A stretch of DNA of 64,000 nucleotides from Felis catus (taxonomy: Eukaryota): assembly GCF_018350175.1 (NCBI RefSeq), contig NC_058368.1, positions 8,556,001 to 8,620,000 on the forward strand, in the 5' to 3' direction. The translations under genes and the position numbers were made by a program. This document shows positions 26,413-37,952 of the stretch, piece by piece. Under the pieces are notes generated by a model. The model was given only the letters and a program-made list of their open reading frames with translations, did not search any database and was not told where the DNA came from. The stretch's first letter is position 1. The number at the start of each line of letters is the position of its first letter.

Positions 26413-27829
26413 CAAGGACTTGGAGTCTGGCCTGAGATTATACTCTTGATGGTAACTGTATCAAGCCCACGTCTTTGGTAACAACCCTGAAAGATGCCCC
26501 TTCCCTTGCTTTGTTTAATTGTGTCCTTCTTTTCTCCCGTGGGAGAGTTGTGGCCTTGTTATTAAAGAATTTTGTTTACGGTTTCCCGGTGTGAAGGACA
26601 CTTGGTTAAAAGAGTTGCTGTTTGTGCGTAGTCCTGAGCAAGGTGAGAGAGGAGTGCTTCTCAGCGGTTTGAAAAAGCAAACCGCCTCTCTGCAGAATGT
26701 CTGCAAAAGAAGAACCTTTATCAGAGCAACTAGGAAGATCCAGGAAGATCTTCAAATAATACGTTGCCTTGTACATATAAATATGCCAGGAAGAAAGCCA
26801 CCTCTCCAACATAAAATTTCAAGGAAAAAAATGGGCCTTGCATAAAAACCCTGAACCACTCTACTTGATTTTGCCTTCGTTTGAGGTCTTTTATTCCTCT
26901 AGCACGAGGTCCTGCCTCTGTTCCAGCCTTGCTCTCCCCCTTTCTACTTCAGTAGGCTGTAAGCCCTACTTGGGGATGCTTTTTCTTCGTTTGTGAATTT
27001 CCCACAGTACCTCGTGAAGTGCTTGCCAGTGGTGGGTGTCCGTGAATGGATATTGGATTGGACTAAGATCCATTTCCTTTCTTAAAGTCTGGTTTACTGC
27101 CTGGATGACAAGAATGTTGGACAGCGATGGATGGACCTTTACCAATATAGTACTGAACCTTAAAAGCACTACAGTTGGTCTTAGTTGATCGAGATAGTTT
27201 GAGCAGAAATATTTATTTAAATATATATTCAAAGGACAATCAATACAAAAAGGAAACAGGCAAGAACAAACCTTCTTCAAGTTTCATTGAAATGTGAAGA
27301 TTTGCACTCTTCAAAAGATTTCTGTCTCAGAAGAAAAAATAGCATCACTTTGAAAGAGCGACACATCATTGAAATATCCAGTAGCAGCAAAACCTCTTTT
27401 GTTGTTCAAACAGAAATTTATTTTTATGGAGTTTTTTTGGACAAAATTTTGCAAGAATATAAAGCCTTAATAAAAATAAGCGAGTATACTTCAGCTTCTG
27501 TGCGTGGGATTTGAATATTTGATCCCAGAGGGGATTTTTTTCATAGATGTTTATTAATTTTGAAGTTATTTTCATTAATTTCTCCATTACCATTAAATCC
27601 ATTTGGAAGGGTCTTTGATCTGCTGTACAAAGTGTGTCATTCACCTGTCTCTCAGAAGGGTTTTTTTTGTGGAGGACACACAATGATAGACCAAATTCCC
27701 TCTGATACAGGCCCTTTGACAATGGTGATGCTGACAGAGATTAGAATGATAGCGTTGCTCTACCTTAGTGTAAGCCTGTTACTCAACCAAAGACAAGAAT
27801 TATATGTTCTTTTTGAAAACCTTCTATTT

Positions 27830-28806
27830 TGATGCAACAGCTTTATTGAGATGTATTCATATGCTACATAGAATTCACCCTTTAGAAGGATACACACACA
27901 CAGAATTGTGCACCCACCCCCACAATCAATTTTAGAATATTTACATGACCCCAAAAAGAAAGAAACCCTGTACCCATTGTCAGGCACTGCTCATTTTCCC
28001 AAACCCCAGCCCCTGGCAACCAGTAAACTTCTTTCTGTGTCTACAGAACTTCCTGTTATGGACATTTCATATAGTAGAATCATACAATATGTGGTCTTTC
28101 ATGTCTAACTTCTTTCACTTGAGTTAATGTTTTCAAGGTTCATCCATATTGTAGCATGTATCAGTACTTAATTCCTTTTAATGACTAAAAAATATTCCAG
28201 TGTATTGGCATTGGCATTCCATGCTTCGGTTATCTATTCATTAGTTGATATATATTTGCATTTTTCTGCCTTTGTCTCTTATGTGTCATGCCGCTATGAA
28301 TATTCATGTGCAAGTTTTTGTGTGGATGGACATATGTTTTCATTTCTCTGGGGAATGTACCTAGAAGCGGAATTGTTCTGTCATATGGTACCTCTGTGTT
28401 TAACCTTTTGAGGAACTGCTGGATTGTTTTCCAAAGTGGCTGCACCATTTTACATTCCTACCATCAGCGGATGAGGTACCATTCTCTCCGTATCTTGCCA
28501 ATACTTGGTAATGTCTGTCTTTTTCGTCATAGTTATTCTAGCGGGCGTGATGTGGTGTCTCATTAAGGTTTTGATTTGCATTTTGCTGATGCCTAAGGAT
28601 ATTATTCATCCTACCATACGCTTATTGGCACTCTGTATATTTTCTTTGGAGAAATGTCCACTCAAATCCTGGCTCATTTTAAAATTTGGTTATTTTTCTT
28701 TTCATTGTTGAGTTATATAGTTATCCATACGTTTTGTTTACTTGAAAGCCATCAGATATATATTTTGCAAATGTGTTCTCCCATTCTTAGGTTGTTTCCC
28801 CCACTA

Positions 28807-28838
<32 letters not shown>

Positions 28839-28879
28839 TTATTTATTTTGAGAGAGAGATAGAAAACAAGTGGGAGAGG

Positions 28880-28921
<42 letters not shown>

Positions 28922-29595
28922 CCCAAGCAGGCTCTGCACTGTCAGTACAGAGCCCATAGTGGGACTCAAACTCACGGACCATGAGATCACGACCTGAGCT
29001 GAAGTCAAGAGTCAGACGCTTAACTACTGACCCACCCAGGGGCCCCTCCCCCCACTACTTTCTTGGTAGTGTCTTTTCAACCTAAAAGCTTTTCACATTT
29101 TTTCTTCGTTTTACTGAGAAATAATTGACATATATCACTGCATAAGTTAAAGGCTTATGGCATGATGGTTTGATTTACATATATTGTGAAATGGTTACAA
29201 GAGGTTCAGCTAACATCCATCTTCCATATGGGCACAATCAAAACAAAAGAAGAAAGAATACGGGAAAATATCATCTCCTTGTGATAAGAACTTCTCAGAT
29301 CTACTCTTGACAACTTTCCTGGATATTGTGCAGCAGGTGTTAGCTTTAGTCATTGCATTGTACTTTACACCTCTAGTGCCTATTTATCTTATAACTAAAA
29401 GCTTGTACCTTTTGACCGTCTCTCTCCAGTTGCCCCTCTCCCAACCTCCTCCCTCTGGTAACCACAAGTCTGATCTCTTTGTTCTGTGAGTTTGTTTTGG
29501 GGCTTTTTGTTGTTCTTTGTTTTAAGATCCTCTGTTTAAGATCATACAGTATTTGCCTTTCAGTTTTTTTCTCATTTTTAATGGCTGAATGATAT

Positions 29596-29643
<48 letters not shown>

Positions 29644-30969
29644 ACTTCTTTATCCATTCATCCATTGATAGACCCTTGTTTCCATGTCTTGGCCATTGTA
29701 AATAATGATGCTATAAATATGTTATCAAAACGAAATAGCTGTCAAATTTGGAAAGTACATTTAGAATGGTCTAACAACATACAGTCTACACAGGATATAT
29801 AAGATTCTCTCTGAAAGTGAAACAGGATGGTAAAACCATTGACAGAAGACAGCATAGCCTCTCAAGGGCAACCAAGGTGATCATCTGAGCACAAGAAAAG
29901 ACAGTCATCCTCCAGAATGATGCACATATCTTTTTTATGTCCTTTGCCTTTGGATATATTCCTAGAAGTGGAATTGCTGGGTTATTTTAATTTTTTGAAG
30001 GCTGTCAGTGCTGTTTCCCATTGTTGTACGAATATCCAAGCCCAGGGGCAGTGCACAAGGGTTCCTTTTTCTCCCCTTCCACACCAGCATTTATCTTTTA
30101 CCTTTTTTGGTGGTGGCCATTGTAACAGGCATGAGGCATCTCATTGTGGTTTAATTTTGAAAGCTTTCACCTTGAATGAAATTCAGGTTTTTCATTTGTT
30201 GCTTATGATTTTTGTGTCACATATAAGAAATTATTGCCTGATCTGAGGTCATGGGGATTTATAGCTGTTTTTTTTTCCTATGAGTTTTATAGTTTTAGCA
30301 TCATGAGGATTTATAGCTATGTTTTCTTCTAAGAGTTTTATAGTTTTAGCATCTCCATTGAAGTCTTTAGTCCATTTTTGAAATGTTTTTAATATGCCGA
30401 GAGGTAGTAGTCTAACATCCTTCTTACACACATATATATCCAGTTGTCCCAGCACCTTTTGTCGACAAACCATTTCTTTCCCCCCATTGAATGGTTTTGG
30501 CAGCTTTGTCGAAATTCAGCTGACCATACATGTTGAGTTTATTTCTGGGAACTCAGTTCTCTTTTAAGCTGTGTCTGTCCTTATGCTAGTACCACACAGT
30601 CTTGATTATTCTAGCTTTGTACTGAGTTTTGAAAATGGGAAGTGTGAATCCTCTAACTTTGTTTTTGTTTTTCAAGATCAGGGACTTTTTGTTTGTGTTC
30701 TCAAGAATTGGACTATTCTGTGTTTTTTGAATTTCCATATGAATTTTAGGATCAACTTGTCAGTTTCTGAAAAGAAGCCAGCTAGGATTTTGATAGGGAT
30801 TGCACTACATCTGTAGATCAATGTGGGGAGTAGTGCCATCTTAACAACATTGAGTGTTCTAATCCATGAATGCTTTCTACTTTTTTGTGTATTCTCTAAT
30901 TTCTTTTGATAATGTTTTGTAGTTTTCAGAAAATACATTTTACACTTTGCTTATTAAATTTATTCCTGA
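27830..30969 (-). mobile_element. L1MB-like element (3' part) containing a CanSINE (28809-29046, -) and a second L1 3' end (about 29100-30150)
   Basis: L1 terminus caacagctttattgagatgtattc. ORF2 peptide [48 protein letters not shown] in ORF 30678..30938. A (TG)n tract lies at 29598-29637. Confidence 0.85.
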
Positions 30970-31209
30970 TGTAGCCACCTTGAAAATATACCTGAACCCC
31001 CAGATTTATTTAGATTCTCATTTAGTATTAGGAAAGTAGGCAGGTAATTTGGATTTATAGTAAAGCAAACTGAAATATTACAGAGTGGCCTTTTCATGAA
31101 ATAGCTTTATAGTCTAGAGGCAGTGTATTTCATACTTTTCAAGCACTCTGGTGTAAGTAAAATCAATACAAAGCAAAACCCAAAAACCCTCTACTTTGGT
31201 TCTGCCATA

Positions 31210-31552
31210 TAGTTGACCTTTGAACAATGTGGGGGTTAAGAGCACCAATCCCCCTGTGCAGTCGAAAATCTGTGTGTGACTTTTGTCTCCCCAACTATTT
31301 CACTACTGATAGCTGTTAACCCGAAGTCTTACTATTGACCAGAAGCCTTATTGATAACATACAGTTGATTAACACATATTTTGTGTGTTATACATAGTAT
31401 ATACTGTATTCCTACAATAAGTTAAGCTAGAGACAAGAAAAATGTTATACAAAATCATAAGGAAGAGAAAATACTTTTACAGTACTGTACTGCGTTTATT
31501 AGAAAACATGTATAAGTGGCTCCACACAGTTCAAACCTCTATCGTTCAACTG
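31210..31552. mobile_element. Tigger2a/MER28-like TcMar MITE
   Basis: TIR-like tagttgacctttgaacaa...gttcaactg and internal gcagtcgaaaatctgtgtgtgactttt and aaaatcataaggaagagaaaatac. Confidence 0.85.
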
Positions 31553-34459
31553 TCATTGGAACTTTGCCAATGAAGGGATTGCATAGCTACCTTAGACAAT
31601 GAAATGGAAGGCCCTCATTTGCTTCTCTTTCCTAGTGGGGATTGATGATGCCGCATACATACCTCAAGAGTGTGTAAAAAGCTTGGTTATCTACATATTT
31701 CATGTTTCTGGAGAGAGCAGAGCAGGCCTTCGAAGCAGGTCCATATGGATTGGGAGAGAGCAAGGAAAGGAGCTTCGCTTGAAGTTTTTGTGGTTAGGGA
31801 GTAGGCAGGGTGAGCGGTCTGTACTCAGGCAGGAGCTCGTGTGGTTTGACTTTGTCATAGGCACCGAGGGGAGAACACCAGGCTTGCTTCTGAGCTTTCT
31901 TAGATGGGGAGAGAGGGAGAGCCCTGATGTTTGATGATTAAAATGTACCATAATTAGTTGAATTTGAACTTGTTGAGTAAGCCAGTATAGTGCCGTCTGA
32001 GGCTTGCAGCCTGAGGCCGTTAAGGAAGGTGAAAGTTCCATCGAATGCCTTGTTCAAGAGCCCAGCTTTATGTATTCTGAGAAACAAAATGATTGCCTTG
32101 TTTACTATGAGTCATGTTTAGAACTCCAAAAGTGGATAAGGACTGTCATAGTGGGAGCTCGTATTGTGGCTATAGGAAGTGCAGAAACACGTGTCACCTT
32201 AATTTTATGTTTTGGGTCTCTGTAGTGCAGAAAGATTCTCAGAGGGTTTTTTAACCTTAAAAAGGGCAACCGTTGCTGCCACTGGCTAGACCAGACAGCC
32301 CAGGCCAATGGCAATGGCTCAAGAGTATACAAATGTTCACATGGGACTGACTTTGACCAGAGCATCCTGTGTTAGAAGACTATCTGAGGTTTGTCTAAGT
32401 GTGCTGACCATTGGGTCGTATCCTGTTCAGGAACATCTTGGTTAAAGGATTAAAAGCAGTAGCTCTTAACAAGCTCAGTCGTGTGTGTGTCAGTTATGTT
32501 TCCACCTGGAAAATACACAAACTTCGCATTGCTGTTCATCAGTTGATCCTAGCGGGCTCCCCAGGTAGCCAGTGGGTCTGGGGGAGTAGTGATCTCCTCT
32601 CACACTGTGACATCAGATAAGGGACTGAGGACAAGGAGGCCACCCCCTTCTGTAGGTGAGCTCTGCCATAGGACCCAGGTTTGGTTCCACCCTGTAGCAA
32701 GAAGGCCAAGCTACCTCTGCTGAGTTTGTGAGCTTCTACTTCTATAACCTAAGGCATATTGGGGACCTTGGTGTGGAGGGCCACATGTTCAGGGCAGATG
32801 AGAGCTTTACTTTTAAGGGGAGCCAGTATGTGCCTAGCAAGTGCCACTCTCATATGGTGTCTTGCAGGACCGACGAGGGCAGTTTCTTACACAGAATCCC
32901 ATGAGCAACTTATAGCCATTATTGGTCATCTAGGGACTCTAGAAGGCATGAGAGGAGGTTGCTAAAGCGCCACAGTGAGAGCATCTCCAAGGGCACTAAT
33001 GAAAGTGTGTGTCGATTGCTCTTTGAGCAGACTCTAGAGCCTTTTATTGGAGGGGATCCCCCTGAAGGTGAGCCAGTTTGCAAGTAACAGCATAAATGTG
33101 CTTAAGTAAAATTTGCAGACAAAGAATATTTTGCCTCCCGAACCCAAAAGAGTCTAAAAGATCCTGGGCTTCTTTTCATTTTTTGGATGCTGACAACACC
33201 ACTAGCTGTTTCTTGACAGTCTCAGGGATGGAGTACCCCCCAGTTTACCAAATAATTTTTAGGAATTTAATTAAAATGGCAGGGCCTTGCGCTGTGTGTA
33301 AGACAGTGGCCTATCCCTTTTCAGTGAGCCTGTTTGCATTTATGTGTTCTGAATGAGTGTGTCAGATGAGTGTCCTCAAAGGGAGATGTTATCACTGTAA
33401 TGTGTGTGCACCTACGCTCCCAGAGAAAGGTTGGATCCAGTTGAGATCTAGCCTGCAGAGATTGTGTGGTGGCTAGGCTGTTGAGGTAGCCCATGGGTAG
33501 CCGCTGCATGAAGATGTACTGTGTCTCTTCGGAAGTGAGGGAAAACAGTGACTGAGGGGCCAAGAATGGGCCAGATTGGCTTGTTAAATGAACGGCAGTG
33601 GTCCTGTAGGAAGGGTTTCAGCTCTTGCGGGCCTCGCTTTAATATACACCAAGTCATATCACTGCCTTAAGTGTAGGGATGGCCTGCAGGGTCCCATTTT
33701 GTCAAGCCAAGGTTTTATGGGTCAAAAACTTACCTCTCTTCAAACGTATCAGTCATAGAGTGTTCATGCCCGCTGTGGGATAGCGTAGGGCAATGGGTGC
33801 TCTGACGCTGGGGAATTTGGGCAAGATGGTAATTCTTATGGTTAGGGTGAAGCATATCTGGGTTTCCTTCATTTCTTGTTCAGTAATTCCCTTAAGATGA
33901 TACAATGTTATAGGGGATACATTTTTTAAATTTAATGAGATCCCCAGGTAGAGCTGTAGTTTGAGCCCCAGTATTGATTAAAGGCACAAAGTTTTGCCAG
34001 TTGGTACATTTAAGGAGATGTTAAGATTAATTCAGAAGCTATGTTGTCAAGGTGAGAAAGTCAGTGCCCTTGTATCTTTTGGTGGATAAATTCTTTTAGT
34101 AGTAAATTTTGGATTTCCATTTGGGTCCAGTTGTAGCCCTCTGTTTCCGTTTTTTGTTTATTCTGCCAAATCTGGACTTCTCTTCTTCCTTCCCCCACCA
34201 CCCTATTCTTTTCTTTCCCCTTTGTTTTTACTAAGGATTCTCTCTTCTCCGCCTGTATTTCTAGATTTCCTCCAGAGAGCTTCAAATCAGTATCATCAGG
34301 GTTGGAGGCTTCCCCCATGGCTGGGGTTACTTTGTAGGATTTAAGGACCCCAGGCTTAAAGAGGATTCGAATTAACCCCTTTCACTATACTGCAGAGATG
34401 CCATGGGTATTTTTCTCTATAACCCTGAGAAATCAGGATTTTTGTTGCAACAGAGGCAT

Positions 34460-34460
<1 letters not shown>

Positions 34461-34505
<45 letters not shown>
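34461..34505 (+). repeat. (AGC)15 / CAG trinucleotide repeat
   Basis: 45 nt of perfect AGC units inside the ERV internal region. Confidence 0.97.
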
Positions 34506-34511
<6 letters not shown>

Positions 34512-35440
34512 GGTGTATATAAGGGTCCTGCTGAGCCATTTGCTGTTAGGAGTGCTGACCTCAGCACTTCACATAATGGCTTTTTCTCTTTTTTGTTTTT
34601 TACCTCTAATGACTGCTTTTGTCATGAGTGATCACCCAGTGGACCTGTATGCAGCACAAGGTGGTCTTTTCCACGAGTCTGGTGTCAGTTACGACTCCGC
34701 TGTAAGACGTGCAGAGAGGTCCAGGCTAAGATACATGACCCAAGGCCATGCCAAGGACCCCACCCCAGTCACACATTCCTGTCTCCAACAAACCAGTTAA
34801 TTATTGCAACTTCCCCCTGAGGTCAGGTTAGTCCCTGACAGAGGCTCCGCAGGACTCTCTAACGCGGAACAGAGCAGCATACCTCAAAGCACGAGCTAGC
34901 CAGCCAGCAGCAACTCCAAGGGCATGTTTTCTGTTAGGCAGCAGAGCCAGCTTGCAAGCAAACCACGAAGAAAGGCCCCCCGTGATGGTGGTCACCGTCT
35001 CCGCATCCTGGTCATGCCACCTGTTGTTGTGGTCACCCTGAAGAGACAGGATGGACCCCACCCCAAATTTGGTTTAGGTGTCAAGACTGACGATGCCAGA
35101 CGCAAAGCAGTTTACGAGGGAGTTTCTTAGTTACTAATTGAGGTGTCTGGGGAGAGCAGTGCTGGCCTCTCCTGCAGGTGTGAAATGACTTGAATGAGCG
35201 AGGGAAGGATCCTGGCTCAGCCTATCATATTGTCAGGGGTTGGGGCAGGGGGGGAGAGTGCCCTTGGAAGTGGACAGGGGCTTGTGTAGTTTCACTCTTC
35301 GGCCTCAGGGGGCAGCCCTGGGCTTTCCTATCAGCTTTCCCGGATGTGGGGCACAAGGGGGCGGGGAGTATAAGAGGGGTGTGGGTTTTGAAACCTGGTA
35401 ACTCTTCGCAGTTAAACACAAAAAAGGGGAATCTGACAGT

Positions 35441-37640
35441 CCTAAATATTTTATCTTGTTGATGTTGTAAGTGAAACTTTATTAATTTCACTTTTGGATT
35501 ATTTATTGCAAGTATATAAGAAATACAATTGACTTTTATATATTGAACTCGTTTATTCTAATCGTTTTTAGAAATTTCATAGGATTTTCTACATACAAGA
35601 TTGTGTGATCTACAAAACGAGAAAGATTTGCTTCTTGTTCCCAACCTGCGTGGCTTTTAATTTTCTTGCCCAATTGCCCTGGCTAGAACCTTCCATAAAA
35701 TATTGAGTAGAAGTGGTGAGAGCAGACATCTTGGCCTGGTTCTTGATCTATGGGAGAAGCATTTAGTCTTTTTCCATGAGTAAGGTGTTAGCTATGCGTT
35801 TTGTTTTCATCCACTCATCAGGTTGAGGACATCTTTCTATTGTTTCTGGTTTGTTAGGTGTTTTATCATGAGATGATCTTGTTATTGGTCAAGAGATTTT
35901 TCTGCATCTATTGAGAAGGCCATGTCGTTTTTCTTCCTGTGGTACAATACGTTGATTTCCATGTTAACCCAATCTTCCATTCCTGGGATAAATCGCACTT
36001 GGTTACAGTATGTAATACTTTTTATATGTAGCTGGTTTTAGTTTGCTATTGATTTGGTGAGAATTTTGCATATGGAAGAAATTATTTTCTTTTCTCATGA
36101 TGTTTTTGTCTGGTTTTGTTATCAAGGTAACGCTGGCCTATAGAATGAGTGTAGAAATGTCCTCTCTCTCTCTCCCTCTCTCTTTCTGTTTCTCTGGAAT
36201 GATTTGTGAAGAACTGGTTTCAATTCTTATTTAAATGCTTGATAGAATTCTCTCTCAAAGACATTTGTGCTGGGCTTTTCTTTGTGGGAAGTTTTTGGAT
36301 TACTAATTCAATTTCTTTGTTGTAAGTATATTGAGATTTTCTATTTTTTTTTCCTTTGTGTTTTTCTGGAATTTGTTCCTTTCACTAGGTTGTCTGATTT
36401 GTTGAGATATAGTTGTTCATGATATTCCCTTATAATTCTTTTTATTTTTGCAAGATTAGCAGTGATGTCCCCTCTTTCATTCTTAATTTTACAAATTGAG
36501 TCTTCTCTCTTCTTTCCTTGGTCAGTGTAATTAAAGGTTTGTTGACTTTGTTGATCTTTCTAAAAACCAACTTTTGATTTTGTTGACTTTCTCTTTTATT
36601 TTTCCATTTTGTTATATTTATTACCATTCTAGTATTTATTATTTCCTTCCTTCTGCTCAGACTTTGTTTGCTTATCTTTTTTCAGTGTCTTTAGATGGAC
36701 TTTTAGTCCATTTAGTCCATTTAGATTTACTTTGTTGCTGTGACATCTTTCTTCTTTTTTTTAAAGTTTATATATTTTGAGAGGGAGAGAGAGAGAGAGA
36801 GGGAGGGAGAGAGAGAATCCCAAGCAGGCTCTGCGCTGACAGTACAGAACCTCACAAACCATGAGATCATGACCTGAGCTGATACTAAGAGTCAGACACT
36901 CAACTGATTGAACCACCTAGAAGCCCCATCATTCTTTTTTAATGTGGGCATTGCAGAGTGCTTCAGTGATATTCATTCTTATGGCCAATCTCTACCATTG
37001 GGCAAATCTCTTAGTCATTCTCCGAGTCAAATCTCAGAGTCATCTCAGTCAGGCTCTGCTGGGGGGGTGTGGTAGGGACAGTGGTCTGTCCCTCTAGGAG
37101 TGGCAGTCCTGATTTACAAATGGGTGCTAGGCAGGGGGGGCAGTAGCTTCTGGTCTTCTCCCTTCATGTCTCCTGATATTGAACCTCTAGCCTACAAGTG
37201 AGCCAGGACAATAGTGATTTTTTGGCCTCTTGTGCCTGGGGTAGTGCCTCTGCCTTTTTACTTGGGACTGGGTGAAGGGTCCTCTGACCTCTTAGCGTCT
37301 TGCTTGCATGTAATTTAGCCTCTGCAACATGGACCTAGGGGAGGGATAAGGGTGGGAAATGGTGGTAGCCTGCCTCTCCCAGTGAGATATGGTACCTCTT
37401 GCCAGGGGGAGAGGAAACCTGTTGCCTTGGCCACAGCCACCCACATGAGAGCTGTCATCATGCTGAGATGGACAGGGTTGCAGAGGAGGAAAGGAGTGCA
37501 TTAGGCTCAAGTGCCGTCCAATCTATTTTTACTGGATTTAGTAGATTTTCATATGTAAATGTTTCTTTATTCACTGTATGCCTTTGGAACAATTTCTAGA
37601 AACTGCAAGTGATTGTTGTTTTTTAAAAATAATTTTTACT
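35441..37640 (-). mobile_element. Continuation of the host L1 (ORF2 remnants, then probable 5' region) with a CanSINE at 36752-36927 (-)
   Basis: ORF2-like peptide QKLVFRKINKVNKPLITLTKERREKTQ. gagtagaagtggtgagagcagacatcttggcctggttcttgatct is a canonical L1 motif. Confidence 0.8.
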
Positions 37641-37772
37641 GGGGCTAAGTAATTTAAAGTATTTAAAGTATTTAAATTTAAGGTATTTAAATTTAAAGTA
37701 TTTAAATTTAAATTTCAAAGTATTTAAAAATAATTTTTACTGGGGCTAAAAATTACTGGGACTAATTTTTAC

Positions 37773-37851
37773 TGAGTGGCTAAGTCGGTGAAGCATCCCA
37801 CTTTGGCTCAGGTCATGATCTCATGATTCACGGGTTCGACCCCCGCATCAG

Positions 37852-37891
<40 letters not shown>

Positions 37892-37952
37892 CCTCCCCCA
37901 CTCGCACCCTGTCTCTCAAAAAATAAACATTAACACTTTTTTAATACAAAAT
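37773..37952 (+). mobile_element. CanSINE with an internal deletion and a rearranged 5' junction
   Basis: gagtggctaagtcggtgaagcatcccactttggctcaggtcatgatctc runs directly into (CT)n. TSD aaaataatttttact at 37626-37640 and 37953-37967. Confidence 0.92.

Larger units (their letters stand above)
30970..35440 (-). mobile_element. Decayed class III endogenous retrovirus (ERVL; LTR52-like LTRs) with gag/pro/pol remnants
   Basis: Two homologous LTRs (35028-35440; 30970-31016 plus 31640-31920) and a PBS-like TGGCATGACCAGGAT (35019-35005). Protease-like LINTGAQTTALPGD at about 33940-33982. RT motifs FNKPIWPI, QYIFMQRLPMGYLNS and KEAQDLLDSFGFGRQNILCLQILLKHIYAVT. RNase H-like AVWSSQWQQ...IKVTRVSA. The host L1 is continuous across the insertion. 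Confidence 0.88.

Noticed and set aside
32100..34000. Intact or domesticated retroviral gene
   Set aside because: There are multiple stops, frameshifts and deletions, the protease catalytic Asp reads Asn, and no intact YxDD is visible.
34398..34631. Poly-Ser ORF or possible poly-Gln exon
   Set aside because: It is only the CAG/AGC microsatellite in decayed ERV sequence, with no supporting exon structure.
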